In this document: in pieces, positions 29,001-41,900 of the stretch
Layout: every line of letters begins with the position of its first letter
Numbering within the stretch: the first letter of the stretch is position 1
Assembly (NCBI GenBank): GCA_002633005.1
Contig: NMRA01000503.1
Location: 124,001 to 188,000, forward strand
Direction: 5' to 3'
Source: Phoronis australis
Taxonomy: Eukaryota; Animalia; Phoronida
Length of the DNA stretch: 64,000 nt
The notes under the pieces: generated by a model
Told to the model about the DNA's origin: nothing
Databases searched by the model: none
Seen by the model: the letters and a program-made list of their open reading frames with translations, nothing else
Made by a program: the position numbers and the translations under genes

Positions 29001-29938
29001 ATACCCTGGGCAGTCTTGTGACTTAATCTGTTTTGTTCTTTTCAGCTTATCGCAAGCGTAGCAACAGCCTAGATGACCGGTCGAGCTCAGACAGTCTTCA
29101 CCCACCAGTGAAGAAGCCACGTGTGTCATTCACCGATGAGCAAAAAGAAGTGCTTCGATTGGCTTACCTGCGAGATCCCTACCCCAGTACCTCCTCCATT
29201 GATACCCTTGCTAAGCAGATCGGTGTCGGATCACGCACTGTGGTGAACTGGTTTCATAACCACCGAATGCGGTCAAAGCAGCACCATCTTGTCGATGGTG
29301 TAGTGGTCAAGAGCGAGTATCAAGAAGACTCGTCCAATAACAGCGATGACAACACTTACCAAATTACAGAAAGCTCACAGTGGATGTTCCCGAGTTTTGA
29401 GGCCGTCGGGACAGACATGGCTAATATGCCCAAAAGTCCTGAATGCAGAGCTTCATCTGTTAAGAATGAATGTGCTTCAGAGTCAGAAGCAGAGTCAAAG
29501 TCTTGTGAGGACATTAAACAAGACAGTGAAAGCATGCCCATTGTCACCACTGCTAGTGTCAATAAAAGAAAAAGTGCAAAGCCGCAAAGAATTTGCGAGC
29601 CTTCCCACGCTGACGCGGGATCTCACAATGACTTGAGCGAAATCGGCAATTCCAGTGATGATACTGAGATTAAAATTTCTGTAAACAGTGGCCAGTCAGA
29701 AAACAATAATATCGAGATTTCTGGAGGAACAAATGGTGGTTCAGGGCTGATTGTAAATTCATTGGTGCCAAATGAAACTGTGAATGAGATTGAACTCAAT
29801 AGGAAGAAAAAGCTTGAGAAACTGCGGTGCGCTATCGAGACCGTCGACTTGGAATGGGACGAGGTAGACCGTGACGGTAACATATCAAAGATGGAACAAA
29901 ATTTGGAAGATAAAAATGGGGATGAGTGGGAGTTTTAA
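4953..29938 (+). CDS. CUX1: Cut-like homeobox transcription factor (CUX isoform), 15 exons in window, first exon upstream of the window
   Basis: Exons 4953-5063, 6898-7024, 11739-11876, 13272-13339, 14099-14231, 15197-15263, 16139-16187, 16600-16770, 21133-21314, 21910-22052, 22796-23302, 23608-23723, 25672-26554, 27421-27792, 29046-29938. They total 3960 nt in one frame (1319 aa plus stop) with GT-AG introns. Contains an N-terminal CASP-type coiled coil, three CUT repeats (LGLSQG[TS]VS[ED]LL..PK.W), a Cut-class homeodomain (WFHNHRMR) and a terminal EWEF. Confidence 0.96.
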
Positions 29939-32900
29939 CTTACGTCAGAGGTTCCTTAGCGAATGTTTTGTGACTTTGAATCTTTATTCATGTACTGTTA
30001 TTGATAGCTGAGTAGATATGATCATTCTTGCCCATGTTCTTATGCTCCCACTGAAGACTTGCAAGTTTTGATTAGGACTTTCTTGTTACATTGAAGAGAT
30101 TTTCTGTAGTCAAGACACTGTTCTTGTCAGGCAAACGTGCAATTTCCATTATTTTTGGGATCACCAGTTTTTCGTATGGAAGCATTTTCATTAGTCAACA
30201 ACCATTATTTAGCATATTGTCATGTGTGCAGAAATTATTGAATACAGCTTCCAATTTATTGGGAAAATTTTCAGTGTCCTAATTGAAAGTTTAATTGTTT
30301 CTCATTGGGTATTGTTTGTTTAAGGCTTGCTGTATGAGCCTTTCTGAAAGCTTACAGCTTTTAGCAATTTTGTACATTGATATGCAATTGCAATAGGTCA
30401 TGTTATTTACGCTATATAAGTGCAATTTCATTATTTGTTACTCTTTGGTGCAAAATATAACATTGTGTCTGCATAGAAATCTTTTGTTTGCCAAGTTTCC
30501 ATGCTATCATTTTTTTATCGTGTTGATGTTTTAATTGTAATTAAAAGCATATATGTATTTTATGGAACTGTATAGCCCTTACATAATAGTGTCAGTTATC
30601 TATTATCGGTTTATTTTACATTGTTAATGGTTACTTGGTAAAGGTAACTTCTTGCCTTAGTGGTGACATTAGGTATATTTAGTTAGTCTTTTGTTTGGTC
30701 TAGTGCAATCCAAGTGTTTTAATGTCGGTGGGTATGTTCGTAAGTGTATTACTATAGATCGATGTTCAGTATTATTATGACTTTCCAAAGTGGTGCTATA
30801 ACTTCAGTTCTTTGGTACTTCAACTCCAACATTTGAACATGCATATCTACGTAATTAGCCTAGGGTGTTGACCACCATTGTTCTATCTAGTCATAGATGA
30901 AATTCAGTAAAACATTTTCCAAACTAAAATCTATACCAATGTGTGGTATTCGCTTCTTTCTAAGAAACTGTCTATCTGTATGATATGCATTGTTACACAT
31001 GACCTTGAATTCCTCACTGTACTTAAAAGTATGTTAGTGGTTACACTGTGTAGTATAGCATAACTTTGGTAGTTGGTGGTGTTGGATGCAAGCCATTTTT
31101 ATTCTCATATTTTTACAAGTCATTTAATCGTTGTGTACTTTTTTAAAATTGTTGTACCATTTATGCCTTTGAATAAATTTTGCATTGTCTTTGACATCTC
31201 ATACTTCCTGTGTGGAAAAATGTTGACAATATTGGCGTTCGTAACTAAGACTTTTGAGGTAAACCAAATTCACACTCTATTAATGTTCACAATCGCTACA
31301 ATGATGTAATGTGCATGTAAAAAGTTGAGGTGTGTGAGACTCGGCTATGACTGGGGTTATGGTGTTTGCTAAACATGTTCCAAAATGTTCTTGTCTGGTT
31401 TTGTCAACTTAGTTTGAAAAAATAATTGTATTTATGGGTAAGATGTTTTCATATCTCACATGGTGACCTTGACAAAAGGGATTGGTAGAACCAACTACTG
31501 AACCTTTAAGTAAAGCTACATTTCGCCATGTTTGGCTGGCTAAAAATCGAAAATCATACTAGTTATTTTACTTATGAAATCAGATTCATAGTATTCCTTG
31601 CCATGATAGGACTATTTCCATTACCAACAAAAACATTGAAACCAGCCACTCGAAATGCTTCAGAGTTTATTGATGGCTGATGGAAATTTATTATTATTAT
31701 TTATTTATTATAGTGACATAAGGGTGCCAGTAAGTACAATCTCAAAGACAATGTTCACCACACCCCCCAGCCTCAATGGGCTTACTCAGTCACCTAATAA
31801 TAAACCATTACATTGAACTTGACCAATTGCAGGAGTTCCGATGTTTAAGGTCCCATAAAAAGACTTTTTTGCAATTCTGCTTTCATCCATTAGAAGTAAA
31901 TGATTCCAGAGCCTTAGCATATTTTCATGTTGTTTGTAGTGTGAATTTAGCCAACCTGAGTCGCCATAAAGTACTGCATTGGCAGCATACTTGTGGACCC
32001 CTAAGAATATACGTAGCGCTCTCGTTCTGATGATTTCGCATCTGGAGTATTGAGAGTATCCCCAAATTCTAGATCCATATTCTAGAATTGAAGTTTCTGA
32101 CATTTCAAAACATTTACTGTAACTGTTGAAACCCATGTTACCAATTTTTGTATTTGCTCACCAGAGCTCTCAACGCTCTAGACATGGAGTCTGCCAGTAT
32201 CTCGGCTATCAAACTGAAATCCATAACTCGTTCAGAGTTACACCCAGATACTTATAACATTCTCTTAAATTCACAATGCAATCGCACACAATGAATTTGA
32301 AACTCATTCTTACATGTCTCCTCTTGCGAAAATGAACCACATGAGTCTTGGAAAAATTTACAGACATTTGCCACCTTGCACACCAATTACTCAATATGTT
32401 CAGTAAATCCTGTAAATAGGTTTCATCACCAGAAAAAATCACAATGTCATCTGCATACAAGAGACAGGATAAATTACACCCATCAAAATTGACACCTTTG
32501 CTACAACTGTTCAAATCATCTATCAAATCATTCATGAAAATTGAAAACAATGTAGGCGACAGTGGATCTCCCTGCCTGACCCCTCTTTGTACTGGTAACC
32601 AGTTGGTATAACTACTTGACTGACCTAATTGTACACAGGCTTCTGTCTGCGCATACAACGATTTTACTGAGTGATAGAATTTTCCAACCACTCATAAATC
32701 AATTAATTTTTTCAATAAAAAGTTGCTAAATTGTCAAAAGCCCATTCCATATCGATGAATATCGCAAATGTTGCTCTATTACAAGCTATTCTATTTCTAA
32801 CAATAGATGCAAGTGTAAACAGGTGGTCAAGGCAAGACCTCCCCTGTCAAAAACCATTTTGTTCTTCATTCAGTTTGTGTTCGACATTCAGAAACTCTGT

Positions 32901-35900
32901 TAATCTCCCGTTTAGTACATTACAATACACTTTGCTCACGGTGGAGAGCAGACTTAGGCCTCTATAGTTGGACGGTAAATTCAAATCTCTATCTGATCCT
33001 TTTGGTATAGGGATGATGATCACTTTATACCATAATGATGGAATAAATCCAGTGTCAAAGACCTTCTGAAGGAGCGAGAGCAAAATATTAACCACCTCTG
33101 GAGATCTCAATTGGATATCGTCTATACCAGTGGCCTTACCCGATTTTAATTTGCGAGTTACAGAATAAACTTCTAAAAACAAAGAACTTTTTTCCAGCAC
33201 TGCTTTTACATGACCCGAAAGTTCAGAATATTGCATTGCTTTCTCCAGTTAAATCCTCTACGTTTTGTCTTTCAGCCATTGGAATTTTCACAAACAAATC
33301 TCTAAAACTGGCCTTCCATCTTTCTGAGGGAATAGTATTTTCATGTCTCTTCTTGAGCTGAAATCCTGAGTTCCTTTCAAAAAACATTGGGGTCATTTTT
33401 ACATGATTCTTCAATCAGTCTTAATTTATTTTTCATATACTGCCTTTTTAAAAACTTGAATCTTTTGTCAAAGTAATATCTAGAGTTCTTGTATTCATAC
33501 AGTTGCTTCCTTTGTCGTTTAGTATTTTTTTCTTTGAGAAATACTTTTATTCTTTTTTGGCCACGTTTTTCCAAAGTTGTGTTAATTCATTGTTCCAAAA
33601 GGGCTTGTTTGCCTTAAATCTTTTTCTCAGATTTTTATTACAACTTTGAGTACATCTTAAATGTAATTCCATTTGTGTTTTTATAATTTCGCAGAGGGAG
33701 TTATAAATCTCATCGACTTCATGTTGTCTTCGACACTCATTTTTTAATATTAAATTAAAGCAACTCTCCAATCGCCCTTTTAAAAATCTCATTACCCATC
33801 AATTCACTAGGGATAGAATTTAATTTAAACCGTTTTCTAAATTGCATACCAAAGGAGTTATCCATACCGTGATCCTCTACAGTTTCATCACTGATATTCA
33901 GTGGAACGTGTAGCATAATTTCTAATAACAATACACTATGATCAGGCAGTTTTGACTTTTCCGACAATAGTCCCTGTAAATGATGTTTGTCAACTACTTC
34001 TGTACAAGCATGGACCTCAAATTTAAGACAAGACTGAAGCGACTCATGGAGGACAATAAAGTAATCTACAAAGTAACGCTCTTCCTCTATGACTTATTGA
34101 GGTGAAGTTATCTTTACTTAATATCTCTTTCCTACCATTCACTAAGCAAGTTTTAGAGCTGAATAAAAAGTCAATCAAACTTCTACCATGACTATTTACA
34201 ACCTTATCAATTATGACTCGTTTATTTACTTGACAATCAACATCTAGAATATAATCATTCAAGTTACCCACTCTCTAGTTAAAGTCTCCACATATAATAA
34301 CGTCATCTGCTATATCTGCACGTAAACATAACTGGCGTAATAGTTGGCTATAGAAACTATCCGGATCACAACCCCTTGAAGAGTTCTCAGGTGGTAAATA
34401 GCAACAAAATACAATTATACAATAGTCTGAGCGTATATGAGTTAGTCTTAAAGCTAATATACCATCATACGACTTGTCAACGATATCAATTTTAAATGTT
34501 TTAAACAAATCATTTAGAGTCCTATAATGGTAAGGAATATGAGGCCGTTTTTATGAGAAAAAAGGACCAATTCGATTTTCATTTTTTAGCCAGCTCTGTA
34601 CAGGACGAAATGTACTTTTAAGTAATTTTCCAACTTTTAGAGTGAAAAATCTGATCATTCACTGTGTTGCTGAAAATTTTGCACTTGTAAGTGCAGAATT
34701 GTGTAGTTTTGAATCTCACTTTATAAAGTTATTATTGGTTTTTTAACTAACAATGGAGATTACTCGGAGATTGAACCTTAAATCACCAGTGCCTAGGAAA
34801 TAGGTATTAGTTTATAGTGCCAAATCCATTGAGACAATTCAAAAAATGATTTGATGTTTTAAATTAGGTCGCAATGATGACTTGCATAAACAGTATACGG
34901 AAACTGCATCTACGGTTCAGGAGCAGAAACGTCTGATTGGTCAACTGGAAGAAGACTTGCGCAGTGTGAATGCTGTGTCTTCTATGTTTAGGGGAGATGC
35001 TGAGGTAGGTGCGCTAAACTTAGTTGTCCGTTGTACGACTAGAATTCGTTTTAAAAGCTGCAATAACCTGCCGTCTGCAAAAAAAGCTACGATCTCTCGG
35101 ATTTTGTCACTTGATATATGAAATGGAATTTGACATGTTTGTTACTTGTTTTTATTGACTTAGTAAGAACTATCAATTTGTTGGTGGGGGGGGGTGGGAG
35201 TGTGCTTCNTGTGCTTCATGAAAATGACTTGAGACAGAAATTTAGTCTACTCTTCGGTCCCATATCACAGTTGCTGAAAAGAGTTTAGCCAAGTGATTTG
35301 GAGTACATCACAGACTGGAAGTAATTAATGATCTTAGTAAATATTCCCAGGGACTGCATGTTTGCTCAAGTGAGATTGAAGTAATTTTCTGAAATAGTTG
35401 TATGGAGTGCTTGACCAAATTTGAGTCTTTTATGTCACTTTTCTTGAAACAGACACCGAGCTTAATATTTTGACTTGAAATAAGTCATTTAAATTACTGG
35501 AAGCATTGTGGCTGGGCAGTTAGGCGAGTTCCGAGCCTGCACTCCAGATGGCGTGCTTTTTGTACTTTGACCCTAACATTGAAGTACTTAAAATGTTTTT
35601 TTTTTGCTTTTTCAAGCCATCTTTCTTAATTTTTGGTATGCTATCAAGTGATATAACAAACAGACTGTTCCTCCCAAACCTGGAAATAATGTTTAATTTG
35701 AGTAAGGAACAAACTGAGACCAATTTTATGTTGGTTAGGTGGCCTAAATCAAAGATTATTTTTTACCAAAAGGTAGATGTGTATGAGCTTTATAAGTCTC
35801 TGTTACCGACTCAATTTCTTGTATAGCGAAGTACATTTTAGTAAGAGTGAAAACAGCAATATCATATGCAAGTAAGTATGAAGAAAACATTTTTACAGAC

Positions 35901-38900
35901 CGCCTTTGTTGCTCTTGACCAGAGGCCAGGGCACTGTGAGAAAATGGTCTGTGACTATTGTGCTGTCAGGTCACCTGAAGTTTGTAAGCTGTAGATTTTT
36001 GGGTGACAATTACACCTGTGGTAGTCCATCACAAAGAGAACGTATTCCCCGAAACCCTCTTGAAAGCATGAGGAATATAGCTTCTGCATGCTCAGAATTA
36101 CACGGTGACACTTGGCTTTCCTCAACTTCCAACTGCTGGTTTATGACCTTTGATAATGGACCCATTATGTTGAGAGCTCAGCAGAGTTGAAGCAGAATAC
36201 CCTCACTGATTCAAGCTATGAGCAATATTAGTTAGGTTATAAAAGTCCCATTTCTTGTCCGATTGTTTTAAAATCAAAAACGTAACCATTTGTACTCTTA
36301 ATGAACTATTCAAACATGTTATTTAAAAACTTTCAAAATGAACATTTTTATAATACTATTGTCACCCCCAGTGTTAACAACCATGCTATGACTGGTAATT
36401 TCATGCCTGATTACCCAAGTTAATCTCCAGAGAAGGACTACATCAGCTGAAACTGGATGGTTTCTTTGATGATAGTAGTGGATTTTAAGGTTATCGAATT
36501 GGTCTTATCCAAACTGGACCAGTGATAGTGTCAGCATAGGATTCTTTTCATCTGCATAATTATGTATACTGTATTGTACTTCAAATATAATTTGCGTTCC
36601 TGTTTGCACAGGGTGAGCCATCTCAAAGTACAGAAATAGTTGCCGAAGTTGTGAAAGAAATGACCCCAAGTAAGTAATTACAAACAATAACCATTTTCTG
36701 ATAAAGATGAAATTCACCCAGATAGTGATAGGTTAGTTGGTAGACAGTGTTCTGCGTACTTGTATGGACTTGGTGCAGTGGGCTATTTTTCAAGGTTCTT
36801 TATACATTCTTTGTAACTGTCTTGATGTTAAGTTGTCTCTGTTGGCGAATGTCGTACCTGTCAATTCAGCCTGTCATGCATGCAAGAATTAAAAATTGGG
36901 TCAACTCTGAAAGATGCTTTTGTGTACTCAAAACGCTAGAATGTTTCCTTTTTCTTTTGACAAATGTCATTTTTCAGATTAATTCTAAATAAAAAATTGT
37001 GATGTCACTGAAAGGTGTTTATAAAATATATCAAGACATGAGTGGTTAATTTTGCCAAGTGTGGCATAAAAATATATGCATTTAAAGTGACTGTCGTAAA
37101 GGTAAGATTCTATTTGCATGCTATAGTAGATGCAACAATTCTTCGCTGTTAGGACTCCAAACGCCCTCTCTGAAAACTATGACTGTTTGGTGGTTTTGAA
37201 TAGCCATAAGGCTGGTTCCTTTCTCAGACACTAGGGGTGTTACCGCTACATGATTCGGGATGTTTTGTGTCTTTACTGTCTTTGACTTAAGAAAATGCGA
37301 AAATTCCACTAACTGACCATCTAACAACAAGATAAAACGTAATGTACTCGACGACAAGTTCACAATGGTTTTTGGTACAAAAAGCATCTTAAATTAGCCA
37401 AAAAGTACCAAAATAAAAGTGCTCCAGCTTGAGATAGTCCGTAAAATTTGGAACAGTCTGTAACGTTTGTGATACTGTAATTCAAACTGAAATTGAATTT
37501 TGCTGATTCTGAAGATTGGAACATGGACATGTTTGCATTCATCATACTTCTGAAATATAGGACACTACATTTTATATTAGCAGACTTTGAATACTTGACA
37601 GATGATAAAATCATCGAAAATATCCTCAAAGCAATATTGTCACGAGTCCTGATAGCGTCAATGATTGTAATTTTTGAGTTTGGAATGGTCACGTGGCCAA
37701 TAAAATTTGAATTCACTGTCCCTAATTGGAGAATTGTTATCATTATAACAGTAAGGTAATTTTCTTTCCAGCTGTGTCGGGTAAACCTGCTGGTGCAGCA
37801 GATTCCCTCTTACCTATTGTTCAGAGTCAACGTGAAAGATACAGGTTACGGGTCCAGGAACTTGAAGTGGTTTGTGTTTGAGAAAATTAATAAAACAACT
37901 TCTACTTGTCGGCCATAGTGAAGATTTTCATCACTATTCCATTAAGAAGCAGTTAGTTATACCTGATTTTGTGAGCAGTTTGTGAATTATCAAAAAGTAT
38001 TTTGGTGTAACATTTTTTCTACAAACGTTGACTTGCCCCAGAAGATATCTTATTTTAAGTTATACAATTGATCAGTGGTTGTTCGACAGTTGGAGGCAAA
38101 GTTGTCACTCTGTTATTCAGAATTAGTATTCAATCTGCTTTTAGTGCATTACACCAAATATATTAGCCGAGGTTTAAGCTTTGTTTAAATTCTTTGTTAA
38201 ATGTTTAGCCAGTGTGTGAATGTGTTTTTGTATTTTCAGCAATGTATGGCTCAAATTCAACAGCAGCAGTTGCAACAAAATGAGCTTGACAAACTGAGGT
38301 CAGACAACGTGAAATTGTATGAAAAGATCAAGTTTTTGCAGAGCTATCCTACTGGAAAGGTATATTGATGCGTCAGTATGAGTATTAAAGGGTAACAGTC
38401 ACTTAAGGGGTCAGTCATTTTGAGAACCAGTTTTGTCTGCTGAAGAACTGGCATCAAACTGGTTCTCAAAATCCCTGTAATTGACTAATGCCCATTAAGG
38501 TTCTATAATTGAATGACCCTACTGGGTCAGTGTTCTAATAAAAGACATGTTAATAAACTATTTGCATCTTTGAATGAATTAAACTAAAAAATATTTTATA
38601 AATTCAAAGTTTGGTTGTAGACTATCCCAGTTAAAGAGTCTATAGATGGGCAAAGTCAGATCTGTTGGTCCAAAGGTCTATTAGTCCAAATTTACAAAAA
38701 TCTGAAAATTGACCTCAGGACCAAAAGGTTAATTGATAAAACTGCAAAAGAATGCAGATGTTACAGTTGCTGAAAGTTGTTTGACATTGGCTCAACTAAT
38801 GGTCATTCAAACGAAGTTAAGTCCCCTGACCAGTGGGGCTTCACATTAGAAACTCGACCCATTTCACACCACCATGTACTTCGTCAAAACATTTGTAGAG

Positions 38901-41900
38901 TTATCACTGTCTAAAGGCTTATTTACCAGCCAGGGAGCCTGATCTAAGTTCCTATTGTGGGGAGTAGAGCAATTACCACTTCAGCGATGGCTTCATCACA
39001 ATAAAACATGTGTTAAGATTAAGTGTTATATTATGGACTAAACCTGGGGATTTTTCAAGCTGTTTGGCTCCTGAAATGGAATTCTTCATAAACAAATTAA
39101 GTTAGGATCATTGTTACCCTAAGAAATACGATACGATAAAAATAAGCCAAAATAGGTGCATTAAGTTGATGAATGGTTTTAGTAACTCTTTGAACCGTGT
39201 TAGATAACTGGCCTGCAAGTTGTGATGCCGGACAAAAGAGCATCAGAATGGGAACGCTTAATGATTAATATCTGGACTAGCCTGGATTAAGAAACCGCTG
39301 TAGTCTGGAATTGTAACCAAACGGGAGGTTTTTGTGATGGGCTAATGGGTAGACTCCCTCACATATAAGTTGTTTGTTACCTTGCCACTGAATATTGTGT
39401 ATCACAGTTTTCTTCACATTCACAGATTAAGGTAGTGAGACAGGTGAGACTATGTTTTAACGATCTTTGTTCAGGCATAGAACTCTGGTTACCCATGGAA
39501 TGCCAACTCTGATCTCGCGGCCACTGAGGTTGCGTCGCGCATGCCTGAGAACAAATACACTTAGCTAAGCAATTCTGAGTAATTGAAAGTTACGGACGCA
39601 CACCTGTTTTTTGGGCCTAAACTTTTCATTTTGGCCAAATGGAACTTATTCCTTAAAATAACTGTAACATGATTTTAACACCCAAAAATGTCTCGTTGAA
39701 AAACTCTTGGCATGTAGTATGATAGGTCGTTGAAAGTGGTTCTACAACTGGAGCTGAAAAGATATCAAAGGCCAAGCTACTCCCGTCGTCCACCCAGGGC
39801 CACAGGTTGGTGCTTATAAAGAATGACTGGTGTAATAGATGGGTTTGTTGACTAATTTTGCCAAGAAATCGATGATTTTATGGAACCATATCTCAAACGT
39901 CTCGCTTGAACAATAATAACAAAATGAAAATGAAGTAATGAAATTATGCTTGACTACAACTCTCGATCAAGACTCAGTCAAGCAGGCAGCCAGAAATTCT
40001 CACTGCAAACTCTTGCAGCTAGTCTCAGGGTCGCAAGCTCTTATAATAGAATACATAGGTCACATTCGGGAGTTGGCATTCCAGGGCTAGAGTTCTGTGG
40101 TTCAGGGTAGCGTTCCATAGACCAAGTTTCTTGCAATAAAAGAGAGATTCCGTAATGCAGAATCACGTGAATGAAAGGCAAGTGTTTCACGAGTATATAC
40201 TCTAGACCTTACCAGGTAACCTAGGAAAATAGCGGCCACTGAAGTGACTTGTCAGTGAGGTTGTAATGCTGAATTAGGAGATAGAATTAATAAATTATGG
40301 GATACAAGGGTCTATGGAACGCAGCCCAGAGGCCTGTTTCATGAAAAGTGACCTAAGATTTAAGACAGAAAATCAGAAATTTGATCTTACGCTCCTTCTT
40401 CACAAATGCCAACATAGGTTTAGTCATGTGATTATTAGTACATAACTGCCTGGAAATAATTTGTACAAATTTCCTCTGTCAACAAGGAACAATTATTGGG
40501 TACATTCTCAGGTCCTTTTTTCATTATTGCTGAAATAAGTTTTTTTAGTTATTTTTCAGAAATAGTTATGTGGAGCACAAGACCAAATTTTTGTCTTAAG
40601 TCTCTTTTTACGGAACAGACCTCAGGAAAACTGGGATTTCTAATAGAGGCAAAACAATAACTTTGCTGTCAGTTATCGCTGTTTTGACCTTTTCCTTTTG
40701 TTTTGTTGAAGCTTATTGTTTTCCTGGAGCCTCATTTTATGTATAATTTTAAATCCCAAATGTACATGCCTTCATGAATTTAATACTTTTATTCTGATTA
40801 GAACAGCTTTCTGGGATTGGAAACAAACAAAATGTAATTACTGAAGACAGAACTAAATAAGAATTCAAAATTTGTCATTTCATGAGCTGAAAGCAGTGTA
40901 GCCGTAAACTGAATGGGGAGTAGACTGGGTCTATGCCTGAACACTGGGTGGAGTGACTTTATCATAGTCACATGGTAGAGGGTCATTTCAAGCATATGAT
41001 ATATTGCTTTGTTTCTTTTTTAAAAATGCTGCTTGACAAAAGTGAACCATGCAGGTTACAATTGTCTGGTTTCCACAGGTTACAACTGCCTGGTTTCCAA
41101 AAGTGTCCACATTTCTTAAGGCACTGGGCTTCATGGATTTGTTATATGAAATGCAATTCATACCAAGACCCTTTCTCTTGGATATATCAGTTGATAGCAT
41201 TGGCTCAAAGCATTTAACATACAAAGCTTAAAACCGTTGCTGTTAATAGTGTATTAAGGGTGCTCACTCAAGCTTATTCTGATCTATTTAAAAACTCTTG
41301 TTTCACAAGATTCTAAATAGGTGCCCGGTCCTGCATTCATTGGGCATCTGTCTATTCTGGTATTTTGTGTTAGGGGCAGGCATCTTCTAACATATCTTTA
41401 GATGGTCATTCTAAAAAAACAAATATTCCATAAAGTATACTTCTGTAAATATTTTAGGAGTATATCAAGTCCAATCTCCAGTAGGATAATATGATTTTAA
41501 TTAGTGGAACTTAGTTCTAAATATTCTTGTGCTTTAGACTTTTCACAGACAGCATATTTTTCATGGATACTTTTCATTGTAAGGTTTGTTCTAGTCTAGA
41601 TTGCTTTGCTTAAATCTTCTGTATTGATTGCAGAGTCGACAGAATGATGCTGAAAGTCGCTACGCTATGGATTACGAGGAACGACTCGACCCATTTCAAA
41701 CATTCAGTAAAAAGGTAAATCCTCTCAACCTAAAACTACCGTATGTAGGATGCATGTGGGATAAAAATAGTTCAAGGATGGGTCTATTTTTAAATGGAAA
41801 TGCCAATGTTTGTTTTTTTCTGCTAAAAATTAAAAAGTTATCATAGAGAGACATTGTAACTTGATCTGTTGTTAGCTAGTTTTTAAAGGTCAGTGCAGAG

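Noticed and set aside
29561-29566. AATAAA as a poly(A) signal
   Set aside because: It lies within the CUX coding frame (Asn-Lys codons), upstream of the conserved terminal EWEF.
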